Assembly: GCA_963843795.1 (NCBI GenBank)
Contig: CAWJLW010000006.1
Location: forward strand, 806,001 to 870,000
Origin: an uncultured bacterium
GTDB lineage: Bacteria > Armatimonadota > Abditibacteriia > Abditibacteriales > Abditibacteriaceae
Reading direction: 5' to 3'
Length of the DNA: 64,000 nucleotides
In this document: piece by piece, positions 62,278-64,000 of the stretch
How positions within the stretch are numbered: position 1 is the first letter of the stretch
How the letters are laid out: every line of letters starts with the position of its first letter
Notes under the pieces: model-generated
Told to the model about the DNA's origin: nothing
Database searches by the model: none
The model's input: the letters and a program-made list of their open reading frames with translations, nothing else
Translations under genes and position numbers: made by a program

Positions 62278-63651
62278 ATGTCTCGCTATTACGATTACGA
62301 TGCCACTCCTTTCGAGCAACCGTTGCCCTCTCCCGATTGCACGTTGATCGTCCCGCTTTTGACCGCCTATTTCGATTTAGAAGCGGAGGGCGCTGATGCT
62401 GCGCGCGTCCAAAAGCATCTCTCTGGCTGCGCGCGTTGCGCGAAGATGTGGCGCGACTGGGGCGATGTGCGATTCATATTGCAAACTCTGCCCACGCCCG
62501 CGCCGCCTCATGCACTGGCTGCGCAAATCGTGCAAACGAGCCGTTTGACTAATATGCTGCCCGCCGCGCTGCCTACCGAGTTTGCGCGCGCGATCTCGCA
62601 CGATGAATATGCTGTGCCGCCACAACTGCACGAAACCATTCTTGCGGCAACCACGCGCGCGCCGGTAAGTTCAAAACGGGCTGTCAACGGGCGTTTGATA
62701 AGTGGTATCGCCACTGATGTCGTGACACAACACGATTTCGCGCGCCCTTTGCGCTCGCTGCGTCCTATCATGGCAATGGCAGCGGTGCCTGCACTGGCCC
62801 TTTGGCTCATCACGCTGACCGCAGGCAATTCGGCGCTTTTTGCGCCCGCTGAAAATTCCGAAACTGTCGCGATTTCCGCCCCGTCGCAAATGCCAGCAAT
62901 TAGCAAAGCGCCGCAGGATGAAACCGCCCAACCGCTTATCGCGCAAACCAGAACCGCAGCTTCTCTGCCCACGAGCGCAGCTTCCCAAAGACCCAGCGCT
63001 CCATCTGTGGTTGAGGCTGCACCCTCCTCGGCCAAGGTGAATTCTGAAACTACGGTCAGCCGCGTGCAACTCGAAAATTCCGTGGCTTTGGCGCGCTGGG
63101 TGGAAAGCGAAAGCCGCGCACCACAAGTTTCGGTGACTAATGCGCCGTCCACGATGACGATTAATCTGCGCGCTTCGCAACCGTTGCCTTCGTCTCCGCT
63201 GCCGTCAAAAGTTTCGGTTTCGGTCAAAGTTCAATCTCAATCCGCGAACATAACCCAAAGCGCGGCTCGTAGCAATGCGGTGGCTCGCACCAATGGCGCA
63301 CGCGTTGCTTTAAGGGCGAATGCGCCACGTCGTAGCGCGAAATTATCCACAGTCTCGATGACGGCTTCGGCGCTGTCTTCGGCAATGATGGTGCGCTCGG
63401 TTTCGGATGAAACTCCGCGCGTGGCGATGAAAATGGACGTGCCACCGATGCAAAAAGCCACCTTGCCCACAGCCGCCAGTCGCGAAGCCAGCGATGAATC
63501 GTTGTGGCAAAGCGACGTCGCGCCTGGTCGTTCAGCTCTTTCGGTTGTGCAGGCATTGAACGATAACCGTCCGCGCGAATTGCGTGACGCTTTCGACGCT
63601 TACGCGCAAACCCTGATGGACGATAGCGACACTTCGGCGTCCACATTATAG
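62278..63651 (+). CDS. zf-HC2 anti-sigma-factor-like membrane protein
   Basis: C...LL.AY.D.E...HLSGCARC; one TM; Ser/Ala/Pro-rich C-terminal part. Confidence 0.75.
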   Translation: MSRYYDYDATPFEQPLPSPDCTLIVPLLTAYFDLEAEGADAARVQKHLSGCARCAKMWRDWGDVRFILQTLPTPAPPHALAAQIVQTSRLTNMLPAALPTEFARAISHDEYAVPPQLHETILAATTRAPVSSKRAVNGRLISGIATDVVTQHDFARPLRSLRPIMAMAAVPALALWLITLTAGNSALFAPAENSETVAISAPSQMPAISKAPQDETAQPLIAQTRTAASLPTSAASQRPSAPSVVEAAPSSAKVNSETTVSRVQLENSVALARWVESESRAPQVSVTNAPSTMTINLRASQPLPSSPLPSKVSVSVKVQSQSANITQSAARSNAVARTNGARVALRANAPRRSAKLSTVSMTASALSSAMMVRSVSDETPRVAMKMDVPPMQKATLPTAASREASDESLWQSDVAPGRSALSVVQALNDNRPRELRDAFDAYAQTLMDDSDTSASTL

Positions 63652-63667
63652 AATTCGCTTGAATAAC

Positions 63668-63709
63668 AGCCAAAAACGCCCTGCAAGTACTTGCAGGGCG
63701 TTTTTGGCT
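63668..63709. terminator. 42-bp perfect core-centred palindrome
   Basis: AGCCAAAAACGCCCT-core-AGGGCGTTTTTGGCT. Confidence 0.8.
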
Positions 63710-63844
63710 TGGCTGCTTCTTGAAATAATTAGCGCAGAGAGCGATTTAATGTCGAGAAACTTTTGTGTCAGATAAAACTGTCGAAGCGATATTGAACTTC
63801 GATATTAATCGCATCTATCACATACGCCTAACTCACACCTTATT

Positions 63845-64000
63845 ATGAAAAATTACCTGTTAAGCGGATTAATTCTGAGCAGCGCACTGATTGTGCATCA
63901 GCTTTCTGCACGCGCCCTGCCAAGTGACTATTTTGGCATTCAAATCGTCGATGCCGAAACCGGACGCGGCGTGCCGCTTGTTGAGCTGACCACGACAAGT
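63845..64000 (+). CDS. Secreted hypothetical protein, N-terminal part (runs off window end)
   Basis: Hand translation MKNYLLSGLILSSALIV...YFGIQIVDAETGRGVPLVELTT. Confidence 0.7.
   Translation, partial: MKNYLLSGLILSSALIVHQLSARALPSDYFGIQIVDAETGRGVPLVELTTTS

Larger units (their letters stand above)
237..63694. repeat. Dispersed highly iterated 12-bp palindrome GCAAGTACTTGC (45 exact copies by manual count)
   Basis: Starts: 237,249,2396,3612,6254,6337,7830,9783,9826,13568,14665,15918,17226,18273,18336,21363,24987,25391,27850,28013,29921,31102,32714,33383,35655,39469,39791,39890,41785,43058,44785,45961,46789,47429,48093,49798,50151,51095,51320,56606,56735,59789,59866,62216,63683. Variants near 20333,28001,31115,32546,38255,41921,51390,52299,55315,58280. 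Confidence 0.97.

Noticed and set aside
237..63694. Palindrome copies as a CRISPR array
   Set aside because: Spacing is irregular (0 to over 5 kb), copies lie inside genes, arms vary and there are no cas genes.
237..63694. Palindrome copies as integron attC sites or classical REP/BIME elements
   Set aside because: No RYYYAAC/GTTRRRY ends, no GTAG-type foot, no integrase or RAYT in the window, and many copies are bare 12-mers in coding frames. A REP-like origin is not fully excluded.

Overview
Bacterial chromosomal window with about 50 CDSs and one tRNA-Glu. The DUF1559 pilin-like gene and many secreted glycan enzymes suggest Abditibacteriota/Armatimonadota or a similar lineage (inference only). 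Contents: a LacI-linked sugar-acid/sulfatase catabolic cluster, acnA, an OppA/OppB-like pair, zwf-pgl, a DsbD-family gene, a CxxxY-type cytochrome c maturation cluster, dksA-like, def, cdsA, rpsO-pnp, three HD-GYP proteins and several secreted hydrolases. The dominant unexplained signal is the 12-bp palindrome GCAAGTACTTGC: 45 exact copies by manual count plus about 10 near-copies, in intergenic DNA and in-frame in genes. It often extends into 24-54 bp perfect palindromes with variable arms, and it brackets a foreign-looking three-gene island. Other highlights are a DsbD whose thioredoxin domain appears circularly permuted around the membrane domain, and a phosphofructokinase homolog that has lost its catalytic motifs. 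Six single-base frameshifts, two of them in pnp, suggest assembly indel errors.
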